64,000 nucleotides of DNA from a virus. Lineage: Duplodnaviria; Caudoviricetes. The notes below the pieces were generated by a model. The model did no database searches and was not told the DNA's origin. It saw only the letters and a list, made by a program, of their open reading frames with translations. Position numbers and translations under genes: made by a program. Where the stretch lies: positions 39,805 to 103,804 of the IMG/VR virus record IMGVR_UViG_2933279956_000001. The stretch is one strand, 5' to 3'. Positions 50,486 to 60,005 of this stretch are shown here, piece after piece (position 1 is the stretch's first letter; every line of letters starts with the position of its first letter).

Positions 50486-52576
50486 TCACGCACCCCCCGC
50501 CCGCGAGACCGCCATCAGCGCGCTGCCGCGCCGCCACACCCGCTCCTCGACCACCAGCGCCTCCACCGCGGCGTCGATGTCGCCGAGCGTGCACGCCGCG
50601 ATCCTGCCGCCGATTGCCGCGATCACCTGGTCGAGCTCCATCCAGCCGGGCGCAGCCCCGAGGACAGCTTCGATGGCCGCCTGCACGTCACCCCCGGCCG
50701 GCGAGGCCTGCGCGTCGCCGGCCACGAGTGTCAGTCCCGGCTGGCGTCCGCGAGCGAGGAGCTCGTCGTAGTCGGCGAAGAAGCCGAGCGTCACCTCATC
50801 CCACATGCCCGCGGCGCGCCTCTGCGCCCACCCGAACGGGTCGTCAACGATGAGGGTGCGGGCCTTCGCGCGCGGCCGGGCGTCCGGGCCGGACAAGTAG
50901 CACAGGCCGCTGGTCGGCTCCCCGGTGGAGACGAACGCCTCTTCGAGCGTGGACGGGTCAGCGGCCAACCCGACCATGTGATGATCATCGGATGCCTTCG
51001 TGCGGAATCCGGCGACCTGCCCGGCCAGGTTGGAACGCAGCCCCATCTCGTGCAGGTAGTCCAAGCCGGCGTTCTGGCTGATGCCGTCGAGACCACCCCC
51101 GGCCTTGCGGATCGTCATCGCCGACGTCGTCAGGAGCTCGACCGCCTCCCGGCCGTAGGTGTCGTCCCCGAGCAGCAGCGGCAACTCGTCCAGCACGCCG
51201 TAGAAACCCGGCATATGGAACGTGCGGCCGGTGACGGGGTCGATCAGCTGCTCGCCGGGCACCAGCTGCGCCTTGCCGCGCCGTTCGCGGCCGCGCTCGT
51301 CCATCCAGATGGCCTGTCCGAGGTAGGCCGAGCGGCGCCGGAACACGTACGCGAGCCGACGCAGCTGCGCGGCGCATCCCGGCACTCCGGTCGCCTGCAG
51401 GGTGACGGCCTTCAGGAGGTCGGGCATGCACTGCCCCTCCTGCGGGTCGAGGACGCCGGTCACGAGCTGGGCGCAGCGCAGCGCGAGCGCCACCTTCGTC
51501 TCGGCGAACCTCGTCTTGCCGGACTCGACCCGGCCGAACGTCAGATGCATCTGCATGCCGCCCGACCTGGTCCAGAACTGCACGTGAGCGGGCCGCGAGT
51601 CGAAGAAGTAGCCGACGCGCGCCCTCCCGGTGCGCGGGTCGATGCGGGCGCCGTCGTCCTCCAGGGTGCGCCTGCGGGCCAGGCTGGCGTCGTTCTCCAC
51701 GACGGTGAGGACCGCGCGGGAGGCGTCAACCGGCCGGGTCGGCTCGATCTGGACCTGCTCGACGCCGATCCCCTTCAGCGAGGCGATCACCTCGCGTGGC
51801 GTCGTCCCGAACAGGTGCGACGGCAGCGTCCGCCCCGGCGTACCGATGATCGGCGCAGAGAATCCGCCCGGCACGTCGACCGCCCGGCCGAGCCGGGTCG
51901 TCGCGAACCCCGAGTACAGCGGCACGACCTCGTCCGCCCACCACTGCTGAACGGAGGCCTCGCCCGGCTCCGGGTCCGGCTCGGGCTCGACCGGTGGCTG
52001 TTCAATCGGGAACGGCTCGGGCCGCGGCCGCCGCCAGTGTGCGCGCAGGTATCGCAGCGACAGCAGCGTCCCGACCAGCCACATGAGAAGGAGCAGCAGC
52101 TCAGACGCGCCGAGGGTGCCGGCTGCCAGCAGCCACAGCGCCGCGGCGGTGAGCGCGATCCCGGGGATGGCGACGCTACGCATGGCGAGCACGCCGAGGA
52201 CCAGGCCGACGCCGAGCACGATGAGGGCGACCTTCAGCCACCACGACGACGGCCCCTGCCAGCGCAGCACCTCGTGCACGAACAGCCATCGCACCTCGAC
52301 CTCGAACCCGTCGAGGCCCTTCGCCGCGGCGTGCAGGCCAAGCATCAACGCGAACGGCGTGAGCATGGCCAGGTTGCGCCGGTAGCGCCACGTCGTCCTG
52401 CGGACGACGCGTTTGGCCTGCTCAGCCGCCGCAACCGTCTCCGGCTTCGGGTCGCGTTCGCCGTCGCTGCGACGCGCATGCCGAGGGGACTCATCAAGCG
52501 GTTTGCCTCGCCCCGGGCCGGGGTCAAGCCGGGTAGTCGGGGCGGGCTCACCGAACTGCACGCCGAGGTGGTCCAT
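50486..52576 (-). CDS. traB: TraB-type FtsK/SpoIIIE conjugative DNA translocase
   Basis: N-terminal TMs, Walker A GRVESGKT, Walker B VLDE, RK.G, SQ, C-terminal wHTH. Confidence 0.85.
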   Translation of the reverse strand: MDHLGVQFGEPAPTTRLDPGPGRGKPLDESPRHARRSDGERDPKPETVAAAEQAKRVVRRTTWRYRRNLAMLTPFALMLGLHAAAKGLDGFEVEVRWLFVHEVLRWQGPSSWWLKVALIVLGVGLVLGVLAMRSVAIPGIALTAAALWLLAAGTLGASELLLLLMWLVGTLLSLRYLRAHWRRPRPEPFPIEQPPVEPEPDPEPGEASVQQWWADEVVPLYSGFATTRLGRAVDVPGGFSAPIIGTPGRTLPSHLFGTTPREVIASLKGIGVEQVQIEPTRPVDASRAVLTVVENDASLARRRTLEDDGARIDPRTGRARVGYFFDSRPAHVQFWTRSGGMQMHLTFGRVESGKTRFAETKVALALRCAQLVTGVLDPQEGQCMPDLLKAVTLQATGVPGCAAQLRRLAYVFRRRSAYLGQAIWMDERGRERRGKAQLVPGEQLIDPVTGRTFHMPGFYGVLDELPLLLGDDTYGREAVELLTTSAMTIRKAGGGLDGISQNAGLDYLHEMGLRSNLAGQVAGFRTKASDDHHMVGLAADPSTLEEAFVSTGEPTSGLCYLSGPDARPRAKARTLIVDDPFGWAQRRAAGMWDEVTLGFFADYDELLARGRQPGLTLVAGDAQASPAGGDVQAAIEAVLGAAPGWMELDQVIAAIGGRIAACTLGDIDAAVEALVVEERVWRRGSALMAVSRAGGA

Positions 52577-52667
52577 GAGGTTCCCATCGCCGAGAGAGGA
52601 GAAGTGCGGGGCTGGCGCCCTGGGCCGTGGCCCGCTTCCGCGCCGAAGCGGGCCACGATCCGGGCCG

Positions 52668-53498
52668 TCAGCCCCCGATCAGCTTCTGCAGGGAGGCAGC
52701 CACCTCCTTCAACTGCCTGGACAGGACGCTCGCGGTCTCCCTCGTCTGGCGAACCTTCGGCAGGATGTCGCCCTGGGCCGCGAGGTGAGCGGCCAGTTCC
52801 GCGCCGATCCCATCGATGCGGGAGACCATCGCCTGAACCGAGACGGCGCCGCCGTCAAAGGCCTGCTTCAGGTGCTGCAGGCCGCCGGCGACTTCGCCGC
52901 GCAGGGCTGGCTGGTTGGACATGACTTCTCCTTCAGGTGGTGGCGTGACCTGGTCGTAGACGGCCAGGTCGGGGTCATCGGGCCCGGCCTGCGGAAGCGG
53001 CGGGTCATCGTCTTCGTGGTCGTCTTCTGGGAGGTCCTCGACGACGACGGCCTCGTGGACGTCGTCGGGCTCATCGGCAGGGGGCATGGGCTCGACCTCG
53101 ACGTCGGGATCGTCCTGGTGGCGGCCCCAGCCCGCCTTCCAGCCGTCGATGAACGCGCCGAGGGCCCGCTTGGCGGCGATGACGGTGCGGGCGGTGCCCC
53201 AGGCCAGGGCGCCGCCTGCGATCAGGGCGACGCCGAGGGTGTCGCCGAACCCGATCAGCGCGGGCGCGAGCGGGTTGTCGCTGCGGTCCAGGCTCTTGCG
53301 GACGCGTGCCCACCCGCCCGCGACGTCGGCGCGGCCTCGGTTGAACTCCGTCTTCAGCTGTTGGCCCGCCGCCAGGCAGCCCTGCTTGAACGCGTCACCG
53401 GCCGGGGCACGCAGGTCAGGACGGCGCCACCACACGACCCCGCCGCAGAGGCCGCCCGCCGCGAGCAGCGCCAGCAGCAGCGCGATCTCCAGCCCCAC
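52668..53498 (-). CDS. Spd/Tra-associated membrane protein
   Basis: TMs, acidic linker, helical C-terminus; immediately upstream of traB. Confidence 0.6.
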   Translation of the reverse strand: MGLEIALLLALLAAGGLCGGVVWWRRPDLRAPAGDAFKQGCLAAGQQLKTEFNRGRADVAGGWARVRKSLDRSDNPLAPALIGFGDTLGVALIAGGALAWGTARTVIAAKRALGAFIDGWKAGWGRHQDDPDVEVEPMPPADEPDDVHEAVVVEDLPEDDHEDDDPPLPQAGPDDPDLAVYDQVTPPPEGEVMSNQPALRGEVAGGLQHLKQAFDGGAVSVQAMVSRIDGIGAELAAHLAAQGDILPKVRQTRETASVLSRQLKEVAASLQKLIGG

Positions 53499-53500
53499 CG

Positions 53501-53905
53501 CTACTCCACCACCTGGGTGATGGGCTTCGCGCTGCTCTCGTGGTGCTTGGTGACGTACGCCCACCCGGCGCCGCCGTGCGCGACCGCGCCCGCGATCACC
53601 GATGCGGCCAGCAGCCCGACCAGCGGGTAGTCGATGCGGCCGTCCTTCCAGTCGATGATGATCGCGAACACCAGGCAGACGCAGGCCGTCAGGAAGAACA
53701 CCCCCACCCACCCCTTCGCGTCAGGCGACGGGATCAGGTCCACCAGCGCTTCGGCCAGCCACAGCGTCAACGGGACAGCGCCCACGCCTGCGGTCGTCAT
53801 CAGCAGGAACGTGAACCGCGAGGCCTTGCGTCGCTTGAGGAAGATGACGCCAAGGCAGAGGAACGGGACGCCCGCGACCAGAGCGCCGATGATCGTTTCC
53901 AGCAT
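53501..53905 (-). CDS. Spd-like multi-TM protein
   Basis: Four hydrophobic segments in the tra operon. Confidence 0.6.
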   Translation of the reverse strand: MLETIIGALVAGVPFLCLGVIFLKRRKASRFTFLLMTTAGVGAVPLTLWLAEALVDLIPSPDAKGWVGVFFLTACVCLVFAIIIDWKDGRIDYPLVGLLAASVIAGAVAHGGAGWAYVTKHHESSAKPITQVVE

Positions 53906-53919
53906 GGGACGACCCCTTT

Positions 53920-54423
53920 TCAGGTGAGGAGAAACGACAGCAGGCCGAGCGCCCACTGCGCGGCGGTCTCGATCGGCGTGGTGGCCACCAGCAGCCGCCA
54001 GATGAGCAGGAACACGATCAGGTAGATCGGGTACCGGGTGAGCGCCGAGGCCGCGGCGAGCAGCACGTGTACCGGCACCGCGAACAGCACCCCGTACAGC
54101 ACGTAGCCCACGCGGATGGGCCACGCCTCCCCGCGGTGTGCCTCGCACGTGCGGTACTGCATCCACACCTCAGCGATCGACGGCCGGCGGTCGGTGAGCA
54201 CCGACTCGCCGCGCTCGTCGACCACCAGCGACCGCACCCGGCTGGTGGCCTTGGCCAGCAGCCGGGTGCGTGGCTGCGTAACCTCCAGGTCCGTACCGGG
54301 CTCGTCGCCGGCCGACGCAGGCGCGGGACCGGCGGTGCCCGGCAGGTTGACGACCTGCGCGAGCTCGTCAGCCGCAGGCTCGGAGTCGGGGTAGGGCGAC
54401 TTGAACTGACGCACGGCGCTCAT
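53920..54423 (-). CDS. Spd-like membrane protein
   Basis: C-terminal TMs, tra operon. Confidence 0.55.
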   Translation of the reverse strand: MSAVRQFKSPYPDSEPAADELAQVVNLPGTAGPAPASAGDEPGTDLEVTQPRTRLLAKATSRVRSLVVDERGESVLTDRRPSIAEVWMQYRTCEAHRGEAWPIRVGYVLYGVLFAVPVHVLLAAASALTRYPIYLIVFLLIWRLLVATTPIETAAQWALGLLSFLLT

Positions 54424-55225
54424 CCCCCCTCCCCGCCGTACTCCGACCTGGTGACGTCACGGGCAGCAGTCGCGAACTCGTCCGCGTAATGCCGCAGAAG
54501 CTTGGCCCGCTGCCGGGCAGACGACACATTCGCCAGGACGTTCATCAGGTACCGGTGCGCGGTCGCGAACTCCTCCTCCGGCGTGGGAGCGGCCTTCAGC
54601 CGCGCCTCCCAGCGGGCCGTGCGCGCCTGGGCCTTCGACCGGGCGTCCGGCATGAACCTCTCTCCTCCAGTGGCTACACACGGTGACTGTCGGGGCGGTG
54701 TGCTACCGTCCTTCGCGTGCACGTGCGCGCACGTGCGTGCACCGGCGCGTAGCCCCCCAATCCGGCTCCCACCAGCGGTTCCATCCCGGCGCCGCCCCCT
54801 CCCGCAGCGGCTACGCAGCGTGGCATTCACACCCGCTCCTCGCCGAAGAACACCTGACGAGCGCGCCGCAGCAGATGCTCGGACTCGCCGCCCGATGGCA
54901 CCCGATCGAAGGTGCCGTCCACGAAGCCGCCCAGAGCGGCCTGGTCGGTCCACCACAGCCGGTCGTCGTCGGGCAGGACGACCAGGAGCCGCCCCAGGTG
55001 TGATGCCGACGCCTGCAGCTTCAAGCCGGCGTGCTCGGCGTAGCCTCGGTGGATGCGCGACAGCGTCACGCGCGGGCAGACGGCGATGACCACCTCGCCG
55101 GCGTCCTCGCGCATCTCGGTGAGGGTGATCCGGTCGGGGGCGGTGTCGTCGTAGGTGGCCCACAGGCTCCGGATGGTTGTCGGGTCGTCGTCGAGGCGGA
55201 GGACGAGGTTGAGGTGGTCTCTCAT
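54420..55225 (-). other. two small genes (54420-54653, 54827-55225)
   Basis: RBS-preceded or coupled ORFs in the tra operon. Confidence 0.5.
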
Positions 55226-56739
55226 GAGGGCTCCCCCGAAGGGTGGGTGTGGGCGGGGTTCGGGTACTCGTCACGCAGCCGCACGGCGATCTCGCGCTTG
55301 GTGCCGACGACGGCCTTGATGCCGTCGGCGGTGAGGTGGGACGGGTCAAGACGACCCGCACGGATCGCCGCGTAGAAGTCGGCTTCGACCTGCTCGAAGG
55401 TGCGGCGACGCACGATGGGGTGGCCACCCTTCAGCCGGACGGAGCGGGCCCTGGGGCGGGTCTTCGGGGTGGGGGAGGGGCGGGTCGCTGGGGTGGGCTT
55501 GGGGTGGGCGTCTGGGGTGGGGGAGGGGCGGCCCGTAAGGGTGGGCTTGGGGTGGCCGTTGACCTGGCCACCGTTCACCCGGCCAGCGCCCACCCCAGCC
55601 CCCTGACGACCGCCCGCCGGGGGAGCGGCGGGCCGGGGGAGCGGCACCAGGGAAGAGGAGCCGCTCCCCACACCCCCGCGGGTCGCGTACGCCTGCGCCG
55701 GGAACCGGTCAGCGAGCCAGTCGGTGATGCTGGCCACCGCGTTCTCGCCTACCAGGTCCTGCAGCTCGGCCATCCGGATCGACTCCGGCGCGAGCCGCTT
55801 CGGCCGCACCAGCCGGCCGTCAGCGCCGAGCAGCAGCTCCCCGTCGGCGGCGAGCTCCAGGTCCTCGGCCACCTGCCGGGCCAAGACCGCCGCCGCGACC
55901 GTCCGCTCGGCCCGGGTCGAGGTGGGGCCCACGCCGTACCGGTCTCGCCACGCCAGATGCCACGCCTGCTCCGTCGAGCAGGCCGGGCCAAGCGCCGTCC
56001 GGGTCGAGTGCGCCGCCCAGTGCAGGCGGGGGTAGCGAATCCACCGCCACAGCTGGATGCGCAGCTCGGCTATCGACCGGCCGCCCGCGACCTGCGCGTT
56101 CTGCATCGCGGTCAGCTCCCACTGGAGCACGCCCAGCAGCGAGCACAGCGCCAGCACCACACCCCGCGACAGCGACCCGGACTCCGCCCCGTGCCACAGG
56201 TTCATCACGGCCGCCGCCCCGGCCAGCAGCCACGTCGCCATCCGGTAGCGCAGACTCGGCAGCCCATGCGTGATCGCCCGGTGCGCCAGGAACGCCTGGT
56301 ACCAGGCCGCCCCCTCCAGCGCCACGGGCAGCACCCACGACCACCCGCCGAGGCCGAGCTGGTGCTCGCCGTACTCCGACTGGCCGCGCCACGCGATGAC
56401 GATCGGGGCGCCCATCGCGATCACGCCCAACAGGTACGGCACCGCGTCGCGAACGCCCGCGGCCGCCGCGGCGACGCCACGCCGGCTCCTGATCCAGCGC
56501 GCGGCCGACGCCTTGACGCGGGCCTGCCGCCTGTCGGCCTTCAGCTTCAGCTTGGCCGCGCGACGAGCAGCTTTCCGCTCTTCCGCGCGACGGGCCTGGT
56601 CGTCCTCCAAGCTGAGGGCGCGTGCCCGGCGCTCGAGCGCGCCGTTGGCGCGGACCTGCTCAGCTTCGGCCGCCGACTTCTCGCGCAGACCGGCCGCGAC
56701 GTCGCGGGCGGCCTTGCCGTACAGCGGAGGCGCGCTCAC
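55222..56739 (-). CDS. DUF2637/SpdB-like membrane protein with coiled coil and C-terminal HTH
   Basis: Coiled coil, four TMs (AW.GQ, P.ALEG, N..HG), Pro-rich repeats, C-terminal HTH-like segment. Confidence 0.7.
   Translation of the reverse strand: MSAPPLYGKAARDVAAGLREKSAAEAEQVRANGALERRARALSLEDDQARRAEERKAARRAAKLKLKADRRQARVKASAARWIRSRRGVAAAAAGVRDAVPYLLGVIAMGAPIVIAWRGQSEYGEHQLGLGGWSWVLPVALEGAAWYQAFLAHRAITHGLPSLRYRMATWLLAGAAAVMNLWHGAESGSLSRGVVLALCSLLGVLQWELTAMQNAQVAGGRSIAELRIQLWRWIRYPRLHWAAHSTRTALGPACSTEQAWHLAWRDRYGVGPTSTRAERTVAAAVLARQVAEDLELAADGELLLGADGRLVRPKRLAPESIRMAELQDLVGENAVASITDWLADRFPAQAYATRGGVGSGSSSLVPLPRPAAPPAGGRQGAGVGAGRVNGGQVNGHPKPTLTGRPSPTPDAHPKPTPATRPSPTPKTRPRARSVRLKGGHPIVRRRTFEQVEADFYAAIRAGRLDPSHLTADGIKAVVGTKREIAVRLRDEYPNPAHTHPSGEPS
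55440..55560 (-). repeat. cluster of about nine CCC(A/G)CCCC-like 8-mers (clt/TRS candidate)
   Basis: Imperfect direct repeats encoding HPKPT/RPSPT inside the spd-like gene. Confidence 0.45.
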
Positions 56740-56954
56740 TGCCGCTCCTCGGGCAGCACCCACTGCTCGCCCAGGTACGCGCGCACCGCCGACTCCGGGA
56801 AGCGGCGGTGGCCGCCGGGGGTGAAGATGCAGCGGAGCTTGCCGTCGTTGGCCCATCGGCGCACCGTGCGCGCGTCGACGCGGAAGAACGCGGCCACCTC
56901 GCCCGGCCAGTAGCTCGGCTCGGGGAGGCCAGGAGGCTCGGCGGTCGCCGTCAT
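56736..56954 (-). CDS. BldC-family MerR-like HTH protein
   Basis: PGEVAAFFRVDARTVRRWANDGKLRCIFTPGGHRRF closely follows the BldC pattern PAEVA..FRVDPKTVTRWA..GKL..IRTLGGHRRY. Confidence 0.85.
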   Translation of the reverse strand: MTATAEPPGLPEPSYWPGEVAAFFRVDARTVRRWANDGKLRCIFTPGGHRRFPESAVRAYLGEQWVLPEERQ

Positions 56955-57048
56955 GGAGGGTTCGCCCTTCCGGGAGGGGGATTGTGCAGGTCAAGAACCG
57001 AACCGGAGATCCGGCCAAGAGGTTCGACACCAAGCACTTCCGGACATT

Positions 57049-57082
57049 CGTAGGTCTAACGTAGGGCTACGTTAGACCTACG
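57049..57082. promoter_or_regulatory. Kor/GntR operator: CGTAGGTCTAACGTAG-GG-CTACGTTAGACCTACG
   Basis: Perfect 16-bp inverted repeat between the tra operon and the divergent GntR gene. Confidence 0.75.
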
Positions 57083-57208
57083 GCAAGAGGCTTTTCAAAA
57101 CACATAGCCCTACGGCCGCTACTGAATCGCCCACAGCGGGGGGCTAAGGTAGGGCCAACCTGGGAAACTCCATCCCAGCGGCGGGGAGGGTCGGATTGGA
57201 GAACGTGC

Positions 57209-57964
57209 ATGCCTAGGGCGCCGATGAAGGCCCAGGCGATCGCCGACAGCGTCAGAGCGAAGATCGACAGCGGCGAGTACGCCCCCAGCTCCTGGCTACC
57301 TCCGATGGCCGAACTCGCGCGCCTGCACCAGTGCGACCTGTCCACCATCCGCAACGCCATGAAGCTCCTGGCCGCCGACGGCCTGGTGGAGCTCTTCAAG
57401 GGCCAGGGCGGCCGCGTCCTGGACCGTGGCGCCGGCCTGTCCCGCGAGACGTCCGACATCAGCACCCAGGTGGGTCAGTGGCGGGGGTTCGCCGTCTCTG
57501 TCCTGGCCAAAGGCAAGGAACCGTTCACCGACACCACGATCACCGAGCTCGACGCCGTCGAGGACGTGGCGCTGCGCCTCGCCGTGCCGATCGGCACCCG
57601 CGTACTGGAGCGGGCCCGCGTCCAGGGCGTCGCGGGCGAGCCGCCCATCCAGCTGTCCACCACGTACCTCGCGTGGGAGTGGGTGGAACTGGTGCCGCGC
57701 CTGCTGCAGGTCGACACCGGGCCGGGCGGCATGTACTCCCGCCTGGAGGAAATCGAGTTCCCGCTACTCCTGTGCGAGGACCGGCTCGTCGCGGCGCACG
57801 CCGACGACCGCGAGCGGGAGCTGCTGCAGATCGACGTCGACGAGCCGGTCGTCGTCGTGTGGCGCACCTCCTACACCCACCATCACAAGATCATTGACGT
57901 GACGCGGCGCGTCGTCGTGACCCGCCGCAGCCCGCTCGTCTACCGCTATGGACCCGGAGCGTGA
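57209..57964 (+). CDS. GntR/HutC-family repressor with UTRA domain (Kor-like)
   Basis: GntR HTH plus UTRA (PIQLSTTY, DTGPGGMYSRL); divergent from tra genes. Confidence 0.88.
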   Translation: MPRAPMKAQAIADSVRAKIDSGEYAPSSWLPPMAELARLHQCDLSTIRNAMKLLAADGLVELFKGQGGRVLDRGAGLSRETSDISTQVGQWRGFAVSVLAKGKEPFTDTTITELDAVEDVALRLAVPIGTRVLERARVQGVAGEPPIQLSTTYLAWEWVELVPRLLQVDTGPGGMYSRLEEIEFPLLLCEDRLVAAHADDRERELLQIDVDEPVVVVWRTSYTHHHKIIDVTRRVVVTRRSPLVYRYGPGA

Positions 57965-57967
57965 CCG

Positions 57968-58528
57968 TTGTTGACCCCGAACGCCGAGCACCCCATCGTC
58001 CGCACCGGCACCCGCGTCGTCTACGACAACCCGTACATGCGGGTCATCGAGGACAACATCCAGCGGCTCGACGGCACCACCGGCATCTACTCCTACATCG
58101 AGAAGCCCGACTTCGCGCTGGTCATCGCCGCCGAAAACGACGGCTTCCACATGGTCGAGCAGTACCGCTACCCCGTCCGGGACCGCAGCCTGGAGTTCGT
58201 CCAGGGCACCTTCCCCAACGGCGCCGACGGCGACCCCTTCCAGCTGGCCCACGATGAGCTGCAGCAGGAGACCGGCTTCACCGCGGCCACCATGCGCCAC
58301 CTCGGCCGGCTCAACTGCGCCAAGGGCATGTCCAGCCAGGGCTTCAACGTGTTCCTCGCCACAGACCTCACCCCGGGCATACCGGACCTGGAGGTCGAGG
58401 AGCAGGACCTCACCCACCGCTGGCTGCCCCGTACGCAGGTCGAGGACCTCATCCGCTCGGGCGGCATCACCGACGACTCCACGCTGGCCGCCTATACCTT
58501 GTATCTGCTGATGGGGTCTGGTCGCTGA
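57968..58528 (+). CDS. NUDIX hydrolase (ADP-ribose pyrophosphatase-like)
   Basis: VEQYRYP, LEF..G, Nudix box A..EL.QETG, ITD..T.AA. Confidence 0.88.
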   Translation: MLTPNAEHPIVRTGTRVVYDNPYMRVIEDNIQRLDGTTGIYSYIEKPDFALVIAAENDGFHMVEQYRYPVRDRSLEFVQGTFPNGADGDPFQLAHDELQQETGFTAATMRHLGRLNCAKGMSSQGFNVFLATDLTPGIPDLEVEEQDLTHRWLPRTQVEDLIRSGGITDDSTLAAYTLYLLMGSGR

Positions 58529-58732
58529 CGCCACCCGCGCCGGGATGCCATCATGGACGCAACCGGCTTTTCATGGTGGTCTTCGGGCCTCGTGTTGGCT
58601 TGGTTTCGGGTAATTCGACGGCCTCCGGGCGCTAGGGGTAGCGCAGCTTTCCGGAGGCCGTCTTGCACGTACCCATAGTGGTGTCTTCGGTCCGCTGCGG
58701 CAGCGTTGCCGCAGGCGAGGAGCGGCTTTGCA

Positions 58733-59938
58733 TTAGCCGCCCTCGGCCATGTTCCCCTCACCATCAGCCTGCGCTAGTTCCTCGGGAGTGGCGAGCCGCA
58801 ACGTCTGCCACCCATCCGCACCATCCTCCTCCCGCCAGGCTGACGGCCATCGCCGTTTGACCTTTGCGGCGACCGGCGCTACTCGCACGTCGCTTAGGTC
58901 AACGTTCTCCACCCCCATCGCGTCGTCGAACCGGACATCGCCGCAGAAGGTCGCGCCGTCGAACCGGGCGTCGCGGGTGAAGGTCGCGCCGTCGAACTGG
59001 ACGGCACCGGTGAAGGTCACGCCGTCGAACCCGGCGTCGCGGGTGAAGGTCGCGTCGTTGAACCCGGCGTCGCGGGTGAAGGTCACGCCGTCGAACCCGG
59101 CGTCGCGGGTGAAGGTCACGTCGTTGAACCGGGTGTTGCCGGAGAAGGTCGTGCCGCCAAACCGGGCGTCGCTGATGCGGCAGTTGCCGAGGTCGAGGTC
59201 GACCAGGATAGCGCCAGTGAGGTCGAGGCGGATGTCCGCCCAGTAGCGAAGGTTGGGGTCGGCGGGGCGTGGCTGCCACCAGCGGTGTGTGTCCAGGGCC
59301 CGGTAGCGCAGATGGTCGGCCAGGATGCGCTGGGCGGTCAGCCGGACCTGACGTTCTTCGTGTGGGTCGCGGGTGGGCGTGGGCGCGGGCTTGGTGACAC
59401 CGCCGACCGCAGCCCGTGGGACGGCCGGCTCAGTTTCGGACTTCTCCTCGTCCGGAAGCTGGTAGGGCATCCTGAGATATGCGCAGATCACGTCCACGAT
59501 GGTCTGGCGCAGGGTGGGATTATCTTTGCCCAGGCGCTCCAGTGCGTAGAGGCCTCCGAGCCGTACCGGGGCCTGGGCGTTTCCGAGTTGCTCGACCGCC
59601 TTCGCATACAGCTCGGTGACGCGGCGTTCCGCCGCGTCATGGGTGACGTGCCAGGTTGCCACCTCCTGGTGACGCTGCCGCCGTACCGCCAGTAGCAGGG
59701 TCACACCGGCACCGACCCCTGCCGCGGCCGCGAGCGCGGTGCGCAGGGCCTCGATCCGGGTGGAGACCTGCTGAGGGATCGGCAGGTGAGGAAGCCCTTG
59801 AAGTAGCCATTGCGCGGTGCCCCAGGCGGCGGCGCCGATGAGCAGCGCGCCGGGCAGGACCCACCACAGCATCGAGCGTGGAGGACGCAACTCGGGCGGT
59901 CGTGACGGCGGTCGGGGGGAGCGGCGAAAGGGCCTCAT
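58733..59938 (-). CDS. membrane-anchored pentapeptide repeat protein
   Basis: TMs, ELYAKAVEQLG..VRLGGLYALERL, RQTIVDVICAYLR, FTRDAGFDGVT repeats. Confidence 0.88.
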   Translation of the reverse strand: MRPFRRSPRPPSRPPELRPPRSMLWWVLPGALLIGAAAWGTAQWLLQGLPHLPIPQQVSTRIEALRTALAAAAGVGAGVTLLLAVRRQRHQEVATWHVTHDAAERRVTELYAKAVEQLGNAQAPVRLGGLYALERLGKDNPTLRQTIVDVICAYLRMPYQLPDEEKSETEPAVPRAAVGGVTKPAPTPTRDPHEERQVRLTAQRILADHLRYRALDTHRWWQPRPADPNLRYWADIRLDLTGAILVDLDLGNCRISDARFGGTTFSGNTRFNDVTFTRDAGFDGVTFTRDAGFNDATFTRDAGFDGVTFTGAVQFDGATFTRDARFDGATFCGDVRFDDAMGVENVDLSDVRVAPVAAKVKRRWPSAWREEDGADGWQTLRLATPEELAQADGEGNMAEGG

Positions 59939-60005
59939 GCCCTCATTGCACCGTGGATGTCGCGGCGGCGGTCCGGGATGCCCAAGTCGTAATCAGGCGC
60001 AGCAT

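Noticed and set aside
50978-56913. Long plus-strand ORFs (648, 405 and 556 aa) and similar Arg/Pro-rich ORFs elsewhere
   Set aside because: Antisense or off-frame shadows of real high-GC genes; no recognisable domains
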